NCBI GenBank assembly: GCA_963719425.1
Contig: OY970382.1
Span: forward strand, 522,880 to 586,879
Origin: an uncultured bacterium
GTDB taxonomy: Bacteria; Patescibacteriota; Minisyncoccia; UBA6257; 2-01-FULL-56-20
Reading direction: 5' to 3'
Length of the DNA: 64,000 nt
Shown: positions 38,076 through 48,321 of the stretch, in pieces
How positions within the stretch are numbered: position 1 is the stretch's first letter
Layout: the number at the start of each line of letters is the position of its first letter
Position numbers and translations under genes: made by a program
The notes under the pieces: model-generated
Database searches by the model: none
Told to the model about the DNA's origin: nothing
Seen by the model: only the letters and a program-made list of their open reading frames with translations

Positions 38076-39389
38076 TTAGGGATTGACCACTCTACCCATA
38101 AACAGGATGTCGCCGGTCTGATTTTCCTGAATGAAGAAAGTAAATGGATGGTTTGCATTAAAGACAATCGGCTTTGGTGGTTCGGGCATGGCAATTGCTG
38201 CCTGGAACATCAGAACCGCCGTCGCAGCGGCCGCCTCGGTCCCGTTTTCATCCGTGTCGATGAACGCCTTATGAATGACATCGCCGATGTAAAGATTTTG
38301 TGAAGGATCTTTTATCGGGGCAATTCCTGAAAAGTCAGCAGCGGTGGGCGAAAAAGCGGTCGGCATCCCCATCGCTTCTAAATCCGATGGCATATGTTCT
38401 TCCGTTTCAATCTTGAACTTGGGCAGAGAAACGTCAACGAATTGATTCTGTATTTCTTTTTCCCAACCACTGATTTTTTGACAATCCAAAGCCTCTTCAA
38501 AAGCAGATAAATCGTTCCCTTTTGGCAGAAGTACAAACATGGAAACGTCATCGCCCCGATACGGGAGTCGTAGCAGTTGCGCATTGCCCACGTCCGCATA
38601 CGCGAAATTAGACGTTTGTTCCATCATCGACACTTGAGAATGACTGCCGCTGCCCGTCGTGAAATCCTTTTCTTGCGTCGCCGATTTATCGAATGTGCTA
38701 CTCCACGCGGCCTTGAAATAGATGGCGTTTGTAAGAATAAGGCGCGTGTATTGGTTGATGTCGCTCATTGATAAAATATTTTGAATCTTGTTTGCGGTCT
38801 TATCGGCGACCCACTGATTGATTGTGCTGACGGCAACCGATGGATTGTCGATGAAGTCCAGACCGGTAATATTTCCACCATAATAAGTTTTTATTGCACT
38901 CGCGTAACTGTCTAAAAGCTGATAATTGTTTTGAACCCATAATGCATTGGCGGTATTGAGGGTATAAGAACCTGAACTGTTATTGATGTCGGCGAAGGCA
39001 TTTTGGTAAGCGTCTCTCACTTGTGTAATATCTGCGGGGAAGTGAAAGACGCTTCCTATCTCTTGTGCTGTTTGTCCTTTGGCCCCCTCGTAGACCATAG
39101 CCATTGCCGAGGAAATGCTGAATGGGGAAAAGAAAAGATTCGCGTCAGAATTTTTCTCGATCGCGTATCTCGAATAAAGGTCGATGGCGAATTGATTGTT
39201 TGCGTCAGAAACGTTGCTTAATTGGAATAAATGGGGTGGGGTTGGCGGAGTCGGCGCGGTTTGCGGGGTCTTGATACCTGCTGAACCTTGAGAGATATAT
39301 TTGGCGTAGTAATACCATGCTCCGCCCACAACAAGCGCAGCAAGCACAATCGCAAGCACCCCAATCAGTGCGAAACCCCTTTCATCCAT
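38076..39389 (-). CDS. Serpin (serine protease inhibitor) with N-terminal membrane anchor
   Basis: NLFFSPFSI, INQWV, NAIYFKAAW, DENGTEAAAATA hinge, FNANHPF, LFMGRVVNP. Confidence 0.93.
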   Translation of the reverse strand: MDERGFALIGVLAIVLAALVVGGAWYYYAKYISQGSAGIKTPQTAPTPPTPPHLFQLSNVSDANNQFAIDLYSRYAIEKNSDANLFFSPFSISSAMAMVYEGAKGQTAQEIGSVFHFPADITQVRDAYQNAFADINNSSGSYTLNTANALWVQNNYQLLDSYASAIKTYYGGNITGLDFIDNPSVAVSTINQWVADKTANKIQNILSMSDINQYTRLILTNAIYFKAAWSSTFDKSATQEKDFTTGSGSHSQVSMMEQTSNFAYADVGNAQLLRLPYRGDDVSMFVLLPKGNDLSAFEEALDCQKISGWEKEIQNQFVDVSLPKFKIETEEHMPSDLEAMGMPTAFSPTAADFSGIAPIKDPSQNLYIGDVIHKAFIDTDENGTEAAAATAVLMFQAAIAMPEPPKPIVFNANHPFTFFIQENQTGDILFMGRVVNP

Positions 39390-39458
39390 TTGTTTATTTT
39401 AGCATACCGTGACCCACGCTGCCTCTGCTCCTGTCACAAGGAGTGATATAATGATGGG

Positions 39459-40463
39459 ATGAAAAAACGTAAATTAGGCAGCAGTGATTTGTTGGTTTCG
39501 GAAATCGCGCTGGGCTCATGGCTCACCTATTCGGGGGGTGTTTCGCGGGACCAAACGGAGGCCTGCACAAGAGCGGCCTATGAATCGGGTATTAACTTCT
39601 TTGACACTGCAAATGTTTACGGGAGAGGCGTTTCTGAAACGGCATGGGGTGAGATTCTCTCGGACTATCCCCGCGACTCCTACGTCCTCGCGACGAAGGT
39701 CTTTTTTCCCATGTCGGATACCGACCGGGGCCTCTCGGCAGCGCAAATCAACAAACAAATTGACGCCTCGCTCGCGCGGCTCAAGACCGATTACGTAGAC
39801 CTCTACTATTGCCACCGCTTTGATGTCACCGTGCCGATTGAAGAAACGATGGAGGCCTTGAGCGCGCTCGTCACGGCGGGCAAGGTCCGCTACCTTGGGT
39901 TCAGCGAATGGACTCCCGAGCAAATCAAGGCAGGGCTCGCAGTCGCGGGCACCGAAAAGTTTGTCGCCTCGCAGCCCCAGTACAATATGCTCTGGCGAAG
40001 CCCCGAAGGCGAGGTTTTCCCGCTGTGCGAAAAGAACGGCATATCGCAGGTAGTATGGTCGCCGCTTGCGCAAGGAGTACTCACAGGCAAGTACAAGCCG
40101 GGCGAGCCGCCGCCGAGCGACTCTCGCGCCGCGAGCAGCGCAATGAATGAGTGGCTGACAAAACAACAACAATACATGAACGATGCTACGCTTTCCACGG
40201 TGCAACGGCTAAGGCCGATCGCCGACAAGTTGGGCATCAGCATGGCGCAGCTCGCACTCGCGTGGGTGCTACGGCGCAAGGAAGTGGCCGCGGCCATCAT
40301 CGGCGCTTCAAGACCAGAGCAAGTGCGGGAGAACATTGCCGCGCTAGACGTGCAGCTCTCCGATGAAACTTTACAAGCAATTGACGAGGCGCTTCGCGAT
40401 GTCGTCACGCGCCGCTTTACGCTCTCGGGCGGCGCGCAAGAAGGCGTCAAACACCGGACATGA
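39459..40463 (+). CDS. Aldo/keto reductase
   Basis: FDTANVYG, LKTDYVDLYYCH, GKVRYLGFSE, WSPLAQG. Confidence 0.93.
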   Translation: MKKRKLGSSDLLVSEIALGSWLTYSGGVSRDQTEACTRAAYESGINFFDTANVYGRGVSETAWGEILSDYPRDSYVLATKVFFPMSDTDRGLSAAQINKQIDASLARLKTDYVDLYYCHRFDVTVPIEETMEALSALVTAGKVRYLGFSEWTPEQIKAGLAVAGTEKFVASQPQYNMLWRSPEGEVFPLCEKNGISQVVWSPLAQGVLTGKYKPGEPPPSDSRAASSAMNEWLTKQQQYMNDATLSTVQRLRPIADKLGISMAQLALAWVLRRKEVAAAIIGASRPEQVRENIAALDVQLSDETLQAIDEALRDVVTRRFTLSGGAQEGVKHRT

Positions 40464-40759
40464 CCCTCCGCGTCAACAATCTACAATATAATCTCCCCGA
40501 TCTCGCCCGTACGTTGAGCTATCGGCCTCTCGGCTATACCGAGAAGGGCGAACTGAATTGCGTCCGTCCGCTGGGCGCGGCCTATCCCCGCTTTCACGTT
40601 TATATGAAAGCTACCCCCGACATCCTTACGCTGAACATCCATCTTGATCAAAAAAAGGTTTCGTACGAAGGTGCTACGGCACACAGTGGCGACTACGATA
40701 GCGATACGGTGAAGGAAGAGGTGGCGCGGATTAAGGAGATCATCTTCCGGATGCACTAA
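40460..40759 (+). CDS. Conserved hypothetical protein
   Basis: YPRFHVY...HLDQKK...HSGDYD; ATGA overlap with the upstream gene. Confidence 0.7.
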   Translation: MTLRVNNLQYNLPDLARTLSYRPLGYTEKGELNCVRPLGAAYPRFHVYMKATPDILTLNIHLDQKKVSYEGATAHSGDYDSDTVKEEVARIKEIIFRMH

Positions 40760-40764
40760 ACTCC

Positions 40765-41628
40765 ATGAGCGCTTCCCTCAAAAAACTATTTGCGGAACTC
40801 TACCCGAAGCGAAAACCGTGGGCACATAAGGGCGAGCATGGTTCCGTTTTGATCATTGGCGGCAGCGGGCGGTATTCCGGCTCCCCCGCCCTGAACGCGC
40901 TCGCCGCCCTGCGGAGCGGCGCGGACCTTGTGACAATATTCGGCGCGGAACGGGCTATGAACATTGCGGCAACCTTCGCGCCGGACCTCATTACTTGCTC
41001 GCTGGGCAACGGGCTTGCGCCCCTGCACATTCCCCTTCTTCTCAAAGAATCAAAGAAATTTGATTCGCTCGTCGTCGGCTGTGGACTTGATCGGAATGAA
41101 AAGACGCACCAGGCCATCGCTGACCTCATCACAAAAATAAACCTACCGATGGTAGTAGATGCAGAAGGCATCCGTGCAGTAGCAAAACACCCCCGCGCCC
41201 TTCGCGCCCTTTCCAGAAGGAGAGCTATTCTTACGCCGCACGCGGAGGAATTCCGCGTGTTGACCGGAGAGGTCGTGAAGCCGAATGTTGCCGATAGAAT
41301 ACTGAAAGTAAAACGATGGGCGAAACGACTGGGGGTCGTCATTCTCTTGAAGGGCCACGCGGACGTGATCTCCGACGGGCGGCGCGTGGAAACGAATGCG
41401 ACAGGAACGCCTTTCATGACCAAGGGCGGTTTTGGGGACACTTTGAGCGGGATATGCGGCGCACTGCTTGCGCGTGGCGCCGATCCGTTCCGAGCCGCAG
41501 CGCTTGCCCCCTACATTAACGGACAGGCCGGAGCGCTGGCATCAAAAAAATATGGCGAAGGAACTTTGGCGAGTGATCTCATCACGTTCATCCCGCTCGT
41601 TCTGACTCGCTTCTCTCACGCCCGATAA
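40765..41628 (+). CDS. nnrD: NAD(P)H-hydrate dehydratase
   Basis: HKGEHG...GGS-x2-YSGSP, VVDAEG, LTPHAEEF, LKG, GGFGDTLSG. Confidence 0.9.
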   Translation: MSASLKKLFAELYPKRKPWAHKGEHGSVLIIGGSGRYSGSPALNALAALRSGADLVTIFGAERAMNIAATFAPDLITCSLGNGLAPLHIPLLLKESKKFDSLVVGCGLDRNEKTHQAIADLITKINLPMVVDAEGIRAVAKHPRALRALSRRRAILTPHAEEFRVLTGEVVKPNVADRILKVKRWAKRLGVVILLKGHADVISDGRRVETNATGTPFMTKGGFGDTLSGICGALLARGADPFRAAALAPYINGQAGALASKKYGEGTLASDLITFIPLVLTRFSHAR

Positions 41629-41631
41629 CGC

Positions 41632-42177
41632 TTACGGAACGAGGACGGCGGCTGCGAAGACGGTGGTCCAGAGGCCATCCTTGTTGCCGATCGCCGATTG
41701 CGTGATATTTGTCGTCGTGACGATCTTGCCGCTCATTTTATAAATCTGCTCGCGTTCGTCCCACGCCTTATCAGGATCAAATTCAATGCCGAGCGTTGTG
41801 GCGAGCATTGACGCGGCGAGATCCTCCGCGTAATCCCCTGCTTTGTCGGCGGTCTCGCCAAATGAATGATGCTCGGAAAGATAACCATACTGGGCGGTGG
41901 CATCGGCAGGAATAGCCACGCCGACGGATGCCGCAAGAAGGCGATTCGGCTCGTTGGTATTGTTTCTCGCATACACTACGAAAACCACTTCTCCAGGCGA
42001 GAGTAGCTTGATCCCCTCTTCTTTTGAAATCCGCTTGCAGCCGGGAGGGAAAATACTTGAAACAAGGACAAGATTGTATGGCGCGATGCCCGCCTCGCGG
42101 AGCGCCAGCTCAAACGAGCTCAGGCGATCCTTGTGCACACCGACTCCCTTGGTAAAAAATATTTTGGACGGGACCAT
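41632..42177 (-). CDS. pdaD: Pyruvoyl-dependent arginine decarboxylase
   Basis: [13 protein letters not shown]...[11 protein letters not shown]...GYLSEHH. Confidence 0.88.
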   Translation of the reverse strand: MVPSKIFFTKGVGVHKDRLSSFELALREAGIAPYNLVLVSSIFPPGCKRISKEEGIKLLSPGEVVFVVYARNNTNEPNRLLAASVGVAIPADATAQYGYLSEHHSFGETADKAGDYAEDLAASMLATTLGIEFDPDKAWDEREQIYKMSGKIVTTTNITQSAIGNKDGLWTTVFAAAVLVP

Positions 42178-42179
42178 GA

Positions 42180-43247
42180 TTAATCGGACTCAATACCCCG
42201 AAGCACTTTGACGAGCGTTTCTGCGATGGCCGGCGCCATATTGACCTCTTCCACGCGCCCGCCCGTGGAACCCTCATATTCGGTTTCATAGAGCCCCCGC
42301 GGCCTCGTGTTGCCGAGCCAAATGGCGTCAAACGGCTGCGGTTCGTTATAGGGAAATAGTTTCATTTTCCAACCCGGAGAGCACACGGGGTGCGTCGCCG
42401 CGAGCCGGACGCTTTTTGCTCCTATTTCGCGCAATTTGTACGCCGTCATAACAGCAGTTCCGCCGGTATCCACCTCGTCTTCCCGCATTATGACATTCAT
42501 GCCGCGGAGGTCGTTCACCTCGCAGGTCAGAGGAGCATCGGCGCCGTATCTCTTGCGGATGGCATCCAAAAAATCCCTGCTTTCCATCGGGGTAATACGG
42601 CCATTGATGCGCTTCTTCGGCGTCGCGACTACCGCGATGCCGAGTTCCTTCGCGAGCGCGATCGCCCGGCCCACCGAACCGAAATCCGGCGAATAGATCC
42701 GCACCGTGTCAGCTCCCCCCAATGTCTCTACGACGCCGCGCAATTTCTCCGCAAAAAGTTTTGTAGGATCGCTTATGTAAAGCTCCAATCCGAACTCTTT
42801 GCAATATGCTTCGGTGTTATCTACCGAGTGCGGCTCGCAGACAATGAGCTTCGTCGCACCCCAGTGCTTGAGGTTGCTTATAAACCAGCGAAGCCGCGTT
42901 ACTTCGTAGCTGTTCTCCGACCGATCCTGCCGGCGGTAGCGGAGGAACGGCAGCACCACCGTGACGGAGCGTGCCCCGTACTGCTTCTTCGCGCTCGTCA
43001 CGAGGTCCATAAGCTCGCTCTCCAGTTTGACCGTGACGGGAGAAGAAAAAATAATCACGTGCCGGCCTTTTATCCGTTCCGGATCCTCGGGCCGGAACCC
43101 CGGCTCCCCGTCCGGCCAGACATGGTACCACAAATGGCTGAACCGGATGCCGAGGCCGGTCGCAGCATTCACGAGCTTCAATATTTCGTCGTCAAGCTTA
43201 TGGTGACCTGTACCCCCATACACGATAAATTTTTCTCTCGGCGGCAT
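42180..43247 (-). CDS. prs: Ribose-phosphate pyrophosphokinase (divergent)
   Basis: [40 protein letters not shown]. Confidence 0.82.
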   Translation of the reverse strand: MPPREKFIVYGGTGHHKLDDEILKLVNAATGLGIRFSHLWYHVWPDGEPGFRPEDPERIKGRHVIIFSSPVTVKLESELMDLVTSAKKQYGARSVTVVLPFLRYRRQDRSENSYEVTRLRWFISNLKHWGATKLIVCEPHSVDNTEAYCKEFGLELYISDPTKLFAEKLRGVVETLGGADTVRIYSPDFGSVGRAIALAKELGIAVVATPKKRINGRITPMESRDFLDAIRKRYGADAPLTCEVNDLRGMNVIMREDEVDTGGTAVMTAYKLREIGAKSVRLAATHPVCSPGWKMKLFPYNEPQPFDAIWLGNTRPRGLYETEYEGSTGGRVEEVNMAPAIAETLVKVLRGIESD

Positions 43248-43302
43248 AGAAGATATGATAACAAATTATTTATTTTTCCCCAAACGCCCCCCGCATTTGA
43301 TA

Positions 43303-43332
43303 TTGACAAATATAGAGCAAATAGAGTATAAT
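43303..43332 (+). promoter_or_regulatory. Sigma70-type promoter TTGACA-N18-TATAAT
   Basis: Perfect hexamers upstream of the small ORF at 43371. Confidence 0.75.
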
Positions 43333-43370
43333 GTTAATCGGAAGCTAATACACGATGGAGGCCTAGCAAT

Positions 43371-43496
43371 ATGTTGCAGAAAATGATGTATGTGGCGTTG
43401 TTGCTTTTTTGTCTTGTATGGGTAAGTGCAACCCCGTCATGTTTCCCGCCGCCACGGCAAGTTCCGATCCCGCTGCCACACCTGCCGCCCCATTAA
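43371..43496 (+). CDS. 41-aa hydrophobic, Pro-rich small peptide
   Basis: MLQKMMYVALLLFCLVWVSATPSCFPPPRQVPIPLPHLPPH; GGAGG SD, promoter and downstream hairpins. Confidence 0.55.
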   Translation: MLQKMMYVALLLFCLVWVSATPSCFPPPRQVPIPLPHLPPH

Positions 43497-43502
43497 CCGA
43501 CC

Positions 43503-43582
43503 CGCCCGACCGGAGGTGAAATCAATTTACTACCGGTCGGGCGCACTCCTGAATTCGTAACTTTGTTACAACTTCAGGAGTG
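43503..43582. terminator. Twin-hairpin 3' structure between convergent genes
   Basis: CGCCCGACCGG...CCGGTCGGGCG and CACTCCTGAA...TTCAGGAGTG. Confidence 0.6.
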
Positions 43583-43803
43583 TCTTTCGTTCATCGTTTC
43601 CCAATCCCATGCGCGGTCTTCGTTGTGGCCGATTTTCTTTAAAATTTCATTCTGAATATCAATATCAAATATTCCGCAGAGATGCAGAATCCGTTGCACG
43701 ACATCGCCCAACTCTTCTTTGAACCCATCCTTGCCATCCATATTTTTATGGCGATAGGCTTCAGAATAAGCTCGGTGAGCTCACGCACAGTGAGGTCCTT
43801 CAT
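43574..43803 (-). pseudogene. MazG-like NTP pyrophosphohydrolase remnant (frameshifted, probably internally deleted)
   Basis: MKDLTVRELTELILK in one frame; EAYRHKN...FKEELGDVVQRILHLCGIFDID...RAWDW in another. Confidence 0.7.
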
Positions 43804-43807
43804 GGCG

Positions 43808-45457
43808 CTAGTGCTGGTAAAACCCGCGGGCGACGGCGTCGGGAATCATAATGAGCGGGACGCCGTACTTTGCGCACATGGCTTTTACGTCGCCGTCTTT
43901 CACCGAGCCGCTTGTGGCAAGAATGGCTTTGATGCCCGCCTTCGCAAGCACTTCGGGACCGTCGGGGAACGGGAAGAAGCTGTCGCTGTAGGCAGCCGCG
44001 CCCGCAACCTCGTGGCCGGCGTCCTTCGCGCGCTTGATCGCGAGCTCACAGCAGCTTACCCTGTCCTGCTGGCCCACGCCGTTGCCGATGAGCTGGTTCC
44101 CCATGACGAGCGTGACGGTGTTGCTGTTGCTCGTTGAGCCGATCGCCCACGCGAGGAGAAGATCATTTTCTTGTTCCGGCGTGCAATTGCCATTCCGCTC
44201 CACACGGGGATCTTTGAGGTCCAGGACAAACGCGTAATTCGGCTGGGTGAGAAATCCGCCGCGCACGGCGCGAAATCTTGTTTCATAGTTCAGGCTGCCT
44301 GCGGTGAGCGAGCCGAGTGCCGCGTTTTCCAAGAGGCGGCACTTCCCGCCTTTCCGCGCAAGGAGTTCCACTGCCTCAGGCGCAAAGCTCGGCGCGACGA
44401 CGCCGTCCAAGAGCCGCCTTGCACCCGCGGGCATTTGCGCGTGGATAAGCGTTTCGGCGACCGCTCCGTCAACGGGAAACATTAGCATCACAAGTCCGCC
44501 AAAAATGGCGCGAAGGTCGCCCGAAAGCATATTTTTTATAACTTCGGTCGGATCGTTTCCCACTGCCGCGCCGCAGGGATTGCCGTGCTTTACGCCGACC
44601 GCGATGTGCGGGACCTTTTTGCGGTTCACGTCAAATACGGCGGCAATATGCGTCGCGGTCTGAAGCATACGATCCACATCACAAAGATTGTTATAGCTCA
44701 GCGCGTCACCGGCGACGGTGCGGAACCGGAAAAGCGCGAGTGGATCGCCGCCCGCATCTTGTGCCGTGCCAGTCGTGCCCACCGTGCCCGTTGAATCCGC
44801 TGTAATTTCCGTCGCATAGAGCGCCGCCGGCGTCTGCCAGGCATTCTCCCCATATTTGCACGTGAGAACGCGCGACCCGATAAAGCCGTCAAACTGCCCG
44901 CCGCTCCGATAACGGCTTGCGGTCAAACAATATTCGGCGACAATCGCGTCGGCTTTCGCATTAAGTTGATCAATGAATTTTTCCCTGTCGGGATATCCTT
45001 TATCAATCCACTCTATGACCTTCGCGCGGTCGGCGGGATCGGAGATGACGATGCGCTCCCCTTTTGCAGCGGAGTGCAGCATGGTCGGGCCGCCCACGTC
45101 CGTCATCTCTATGACTGAAGCGCGCGTGCTGCCTTCTTTTGCGATCGCATCATGCAAGGGATAAAGATCAACGCAAACAAGGTCAATGCGCGGGAGCCCG
45201 AGCCGTTTCAGTTCCTCTTCGTCTTCGGGAATATTCCGCGCGAGAAGCCCCGCATGGATCTGTCGCGACAACGTGACTACGCGATGCCCCAGGATCGGCT
45301 CGCCCACGATATCACCCACGTCCCGCACCGCAACGCCCGCTTCGCGGAGCGCCTTCGCCGTGCCGCCCGAGGCGAGGATCTGCCACCCGCGCGAAACCAA
45401 ATCGCGCGCGAATTCAACGACTCCCTCCTTGTGATACACAGACAGCAACGCGGTCAT
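43808..45457 (-). CDS. purH: Bifunctional AICAR transformylase / IMP cyclohydrolase
   Basis: ALLSVYHKEG, HRVVTL, VDLYP, DVGGPTM, KYGEN, KHGNPCG, SDSFFPFPDG. Confidence 0.93.
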   Translation of the reverse strand: MTALLSVYHKEGVVEFARDLVSRGWQILASGGTAKALREAGVAVRDVGDIVGEPILGHRVVTLSRQIHAGLLARNIPEDEEELKRLGLPRIDLVCVDLYPLHDAIAKEGSTRASVIEMTDVGGPTMLHSAAKGERIVISDPADRAKVIEWIDKGYPDREKFIDQLNAKADAIVAEYCLTASRYRSGGQFDGFIGSRVLTCKYGENAWQTPAALYATEITADSTGTVGTTGTAQDAGGDPLALFRFRTVAGDALSYNNLCDVDRMLQTATHIAAVFDVNRKKVPHIAVGVKHGNPCGAAVGNDPTEVIKNMLSGDLRAIFGGLVMLMFPVDGAVAETLIHAQMPAGARRLLDGVVAPSFAPEAVELLARKGGKCRLLENAALGSLTAGSLNYETRFRAVRGGFLTQPNYAFVLDLKDPRVERNGNCTPEQENDLLLAWAIGSTSNSNTVTLVMGNQLIGNGVGQQDRVSCCELAIKRAKDAGHEVAGAAAYSDSFFPFPDGPEVLAKAGIKAILATSGSVKDGDVKAMCAKYGVPLIMIPDAVARGFYQH

Positions 45458-45491
45458 TTTTTCATAAGGAGGTTTTTGTAGGTAAGTTTTT

Positions 45492-48128
45492 TCATAATGA
45501 TATATTTAATATCTTCTCTGGCTCTTTTTCTATTTTACTCAATGCTTTCGTCTCTGTTCTACGAGCCTCTTCTGCTATCTCAATATTATTGTCAATCATT
45601 CTCTCCAATCTCACAGTATTCCTTGGAATAGGTATGATGAAATATTCTTTCAGGTATTCATCGTTCAGCTCCCTTTGTGTGTAACCGCTTGCAAGGTGGC
45701 GGAATTGCTTTTGAACCAACTCCGATCTAAAGAGTGCCCAAAGGAGAAATGCCTCTTTCGGGTTCTTCGGTCTTATCCCGTAGAACCCGCTACTTCCTAG
45801 TTCTCCGTCGAGATGTTTCGGTATAACCACAACTTTTTTAAGCGATCTATATGGTTTAGAAAACAATAAATCGTTTTCCTTAAGAAGCAATTTTGCTCTA
45901 TCGGGGAGGAATTCCCTCATTCCTTCTTGTAATTCGTCTTGATCAACAACACCCCTCTCCTTGTTTAAGTTCCCGATTTCAATATATTTATATACTTTGT
46001 CCTCATCTTTCTCCTCTTTGCTTATATTTTTTATCTTCTCAAAATCTTCGAGTTTTTTAATGGTGCATTTTCCTTGTTTCTCTCGCTCCCTTAATGCGAC
46101 TAAAAGTTGCCGATAGCTCGGTTGATGGAAAAAAACATCGAATCTATCGGAAATGGAATCGGGGCTCATCAAGAAAAGATCATCGTCTTCATAATCCCCA
46201 ATCCGAACACTTCCGTTTTTATAGAGTTTTCCGGTTTCTTCATATTTTCTATACTCTTTTAAGACACTTTCAAAGTCATCATGTTTTTCTTCTTTGCCGG
46301 ACTTCGTATGGCCGATATTTTCTACGTATCTTGCGAACACATGGGGTTGTTGTTGCTCACCTCCCTTTCTTTTTTCAAGATAGAGAATTGAAGTGATGCC
46401 TCCTGCTTCCTGATTTACAAATGCATGAGTTGGAAGTTGGAAAACCGCTTTCACCAAAAACTTCTCCCTTATAAAATCTCTGTATTCTCTGTTAGAGTCG
46501 CTGTTCAAGACAGAGTTATCTAAGATAATAAACATTCTTCCCCCCTCTTTAAGAAAATCCACATAGCGAGCCACAAATAAGACATTCGACTGGACTGAAG
46601 GTTTTAATTCATTTGTTCCCTTTTTATATGCTATCTCTCCATATTCTTCCAAGACGGTTTTTTCGTCTTTGTCTTTTGTTTGATAGTGCATACTGAAAGG
46701 AGGATTAGTAAGCACTACGTCGAAGCGTAATTTCCCTTCATCCAGTTTCTGTTTCAACTCTTCAAGTTCTCTTTTGGTTTCTTGATGCGTCCCTTTTGAG
46801 ATAAGCAGATTTTTGTCGAGTGAATCCGCACAGTATATTCTGCTCCCTCCATCTCCGTGAACATACATGTTCATTCGAGCAATCCGAGAGATTTTCGGAT
46901 TTGCTTCTATGCCAAATAAACTTTCCATCTTGATGTTGTTGATTATCTCTTCCTTCCTGTCTCGAAGCGATTTATTATCTTTGATTTTTTCTACCAAATC
47001 TGCCATGGCATCAATTAAGAATCCTCCGCTTCCACAACACGCATCCAATACCAGTTCGCTTCGCATCATATTTCCATCCTTGATTATTTTCAAGTCCGCC
47101 AATTTAGTCATGAACTTTACAATTTTTCTCGGAGTGAAATATTGACCGAGTTCTCTCCCTCTTATAGTCGCGTTAAGGAACGTCTCAAACATTCTGCCAT
47201 TCAAATCCTCGTCAATCATGTAAAGATCATAATTCTGTAAAACCCTTACTACTTCCCTAATGGTAGGGGACTTAAGGTCAATTTCTTCGTCTTTCTGGAA
47301 GATTGATTTCTTCTTATTTTTCTCAACTTGCTCTTGGAGGTCTTTTCTAAGTTCTGAAAAAAGAATTGAACTTACGGGATTCTCTGTCTCGGTCTCTCTT
47401 TCATCTATCCAATCAATTGAAAATTTGAAATCTGATCTCTTTGGGGTCTGTTTCTTATCTATAATATTCCTGATTCTCTTATCCTCGTTTAACTTCACAA
47501 AAATTATTTTTGAGAACTCATAAAAAGCATCCGTAGGGCTGATTTTCTCTTTCTTCCAAATGATATTATGACACTTGTTAAACGAGGCCTTGACTTCTTC
47601 AACTGATGGCCTGCTTAAAAATATCTCTATGGAAAGTTCGTTTTTTCCCGATCGCTTTTCAATGTTTTCCGCAGAAAGTAAATCTATCAACCGTTTAAAC
47701 TCTTCGTTCCCGCGAGAGAAATCTTCAAATGAGAGCTTGACTATTGCCTCCTCTTCGTCCCAATTGTAAACCTTTAGAGATTTCCCGTTTGTCAATACGG
47801 CAAAACGTACAGGATTTTCACCCTTGAACCTTTTATTTAGTTCGAGGGCATATCCCGAAACTTGGTACGTATAATCATCTATAATTTCCGTTGGGGATTT
47901 TGCATCAATAACAATTTTTGGTTTGCCATCACTAAAAAGAACGTAGTCTGGCTTATATTTTTCTTTCTTCGATCCCTTACTGATTACAAGTTCATCTAGG
48001 GATGTTTTTGTTTTTATAAATTTCTCGTCATAGCCTAAATGCTTTATGAGTTTTATTGCAAAGAACTGCTCAACATCACTCTCGTTTTTTAAGGTGTCGA
48101 GGTTACAAAACAAGTTCTTCTTTTCCAT
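45492..48128 (-). CDS. Fused restriction-modification protein (HsdR_N-like nuclease + N6-adenine methyltransferase + partial specificity domain; type IIG/I-like)
   Basis: PDYV...IDAK, GQYFTPR, DACCGSGGFL, TNPPF; markedly AT-rich. Confidence 0.88.
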   Translation of the reverse strand: MEKKNLFCNLDTLKNESDVEQFFAIKLIKHLGYDEKFIKTKTSLDELVISKGSKKEKYKPDYVLFSDGKPKIVIDAKSPTEIIDDYTYQVSGYALELNKRFKGENPVRFAVLTNGKSLKVYNWDEEEAIVKLSFEDFSRGNEEFKRLIDLLSAENIEKRSGKNELSIEIFLSRPSVEEVKASFNKCHNIIWKKEKISPTDAFYEFSKIIFVKLNEDKRIRNIIDKKQTPKRSDFKFSIDWIDERETETENPVSSILFSELRKDLQEQVEKNKKKSIFQKDEEIDLKSPTIREVVRVLQNYDLYMIDEDLNGRMFETFLNATIRGRELGQYFTPRKIVKFMTKLADLKIIKDGNMMRSELVLDACCGSGGFLIDAMADLVEKIKDNKSLRDRKEEIINNIKMESLFGIEANPKISRIARMNMYVHGDGGSRIYCADSLDKNLLISKGTHQETKRELEELKQKLDEGKLRFDVVLTNPPFSMHYQTKDKDEKTVLEEYGEIAYKKGTNELKPSVQSNVLFVARYVDFLKEGGRMFIILDNSVLNSDSNREYRDFIREKFLVKAVFQLPTHAFVNQEAGGITSILYLEKRKGGEQQQPHVFARYVENIGHTKSGKEEKHDDFESVLKEYRKYEETGKLYKNGSVRIGDYEDDDLFLMSPDSISDRFDVFFHQPSYRQLLVALREREKQGKCTIKKLEDFEKIKNISKEEKDEDKVYKYIEIGNLNKERGVVDQDELQEGMREFLPDRAKLLLKENDLLFSKPYRSLKKVVVIPKHLDGELGSSGFYGIRPKNPKEAFLLWALFRSELVQKQFRHLASGYTQRELNDEYLKEYFIIPIPRNTVRLERMIDNNIEIAEEARRTETKALSKIEKEPEKILNISL

Positions 48129-48321
48129 AATTAAATTGGAACATTTTTTGTGTCAAAACACGAATTGTGCAAAACACAAGGGCAATACGCGGAAAGCATT
48201 GAAAAATCACGACTTATGGCGACCATAAAAAAGTTATCCACACCCCATCTATTCAAAACAATGAATAAAACCTCAAAAATAGTCCGACTCCCTATGCCTG
48301 CCCCTAAGGGATATTCGCCTT

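Noticed and set aside
44755-44815. Intein or other insertion element in purH (TADSTGTVGTTGTAQDAGG)
   Set aside because: A short in-frame low-complexity loop with no splicing motifs.
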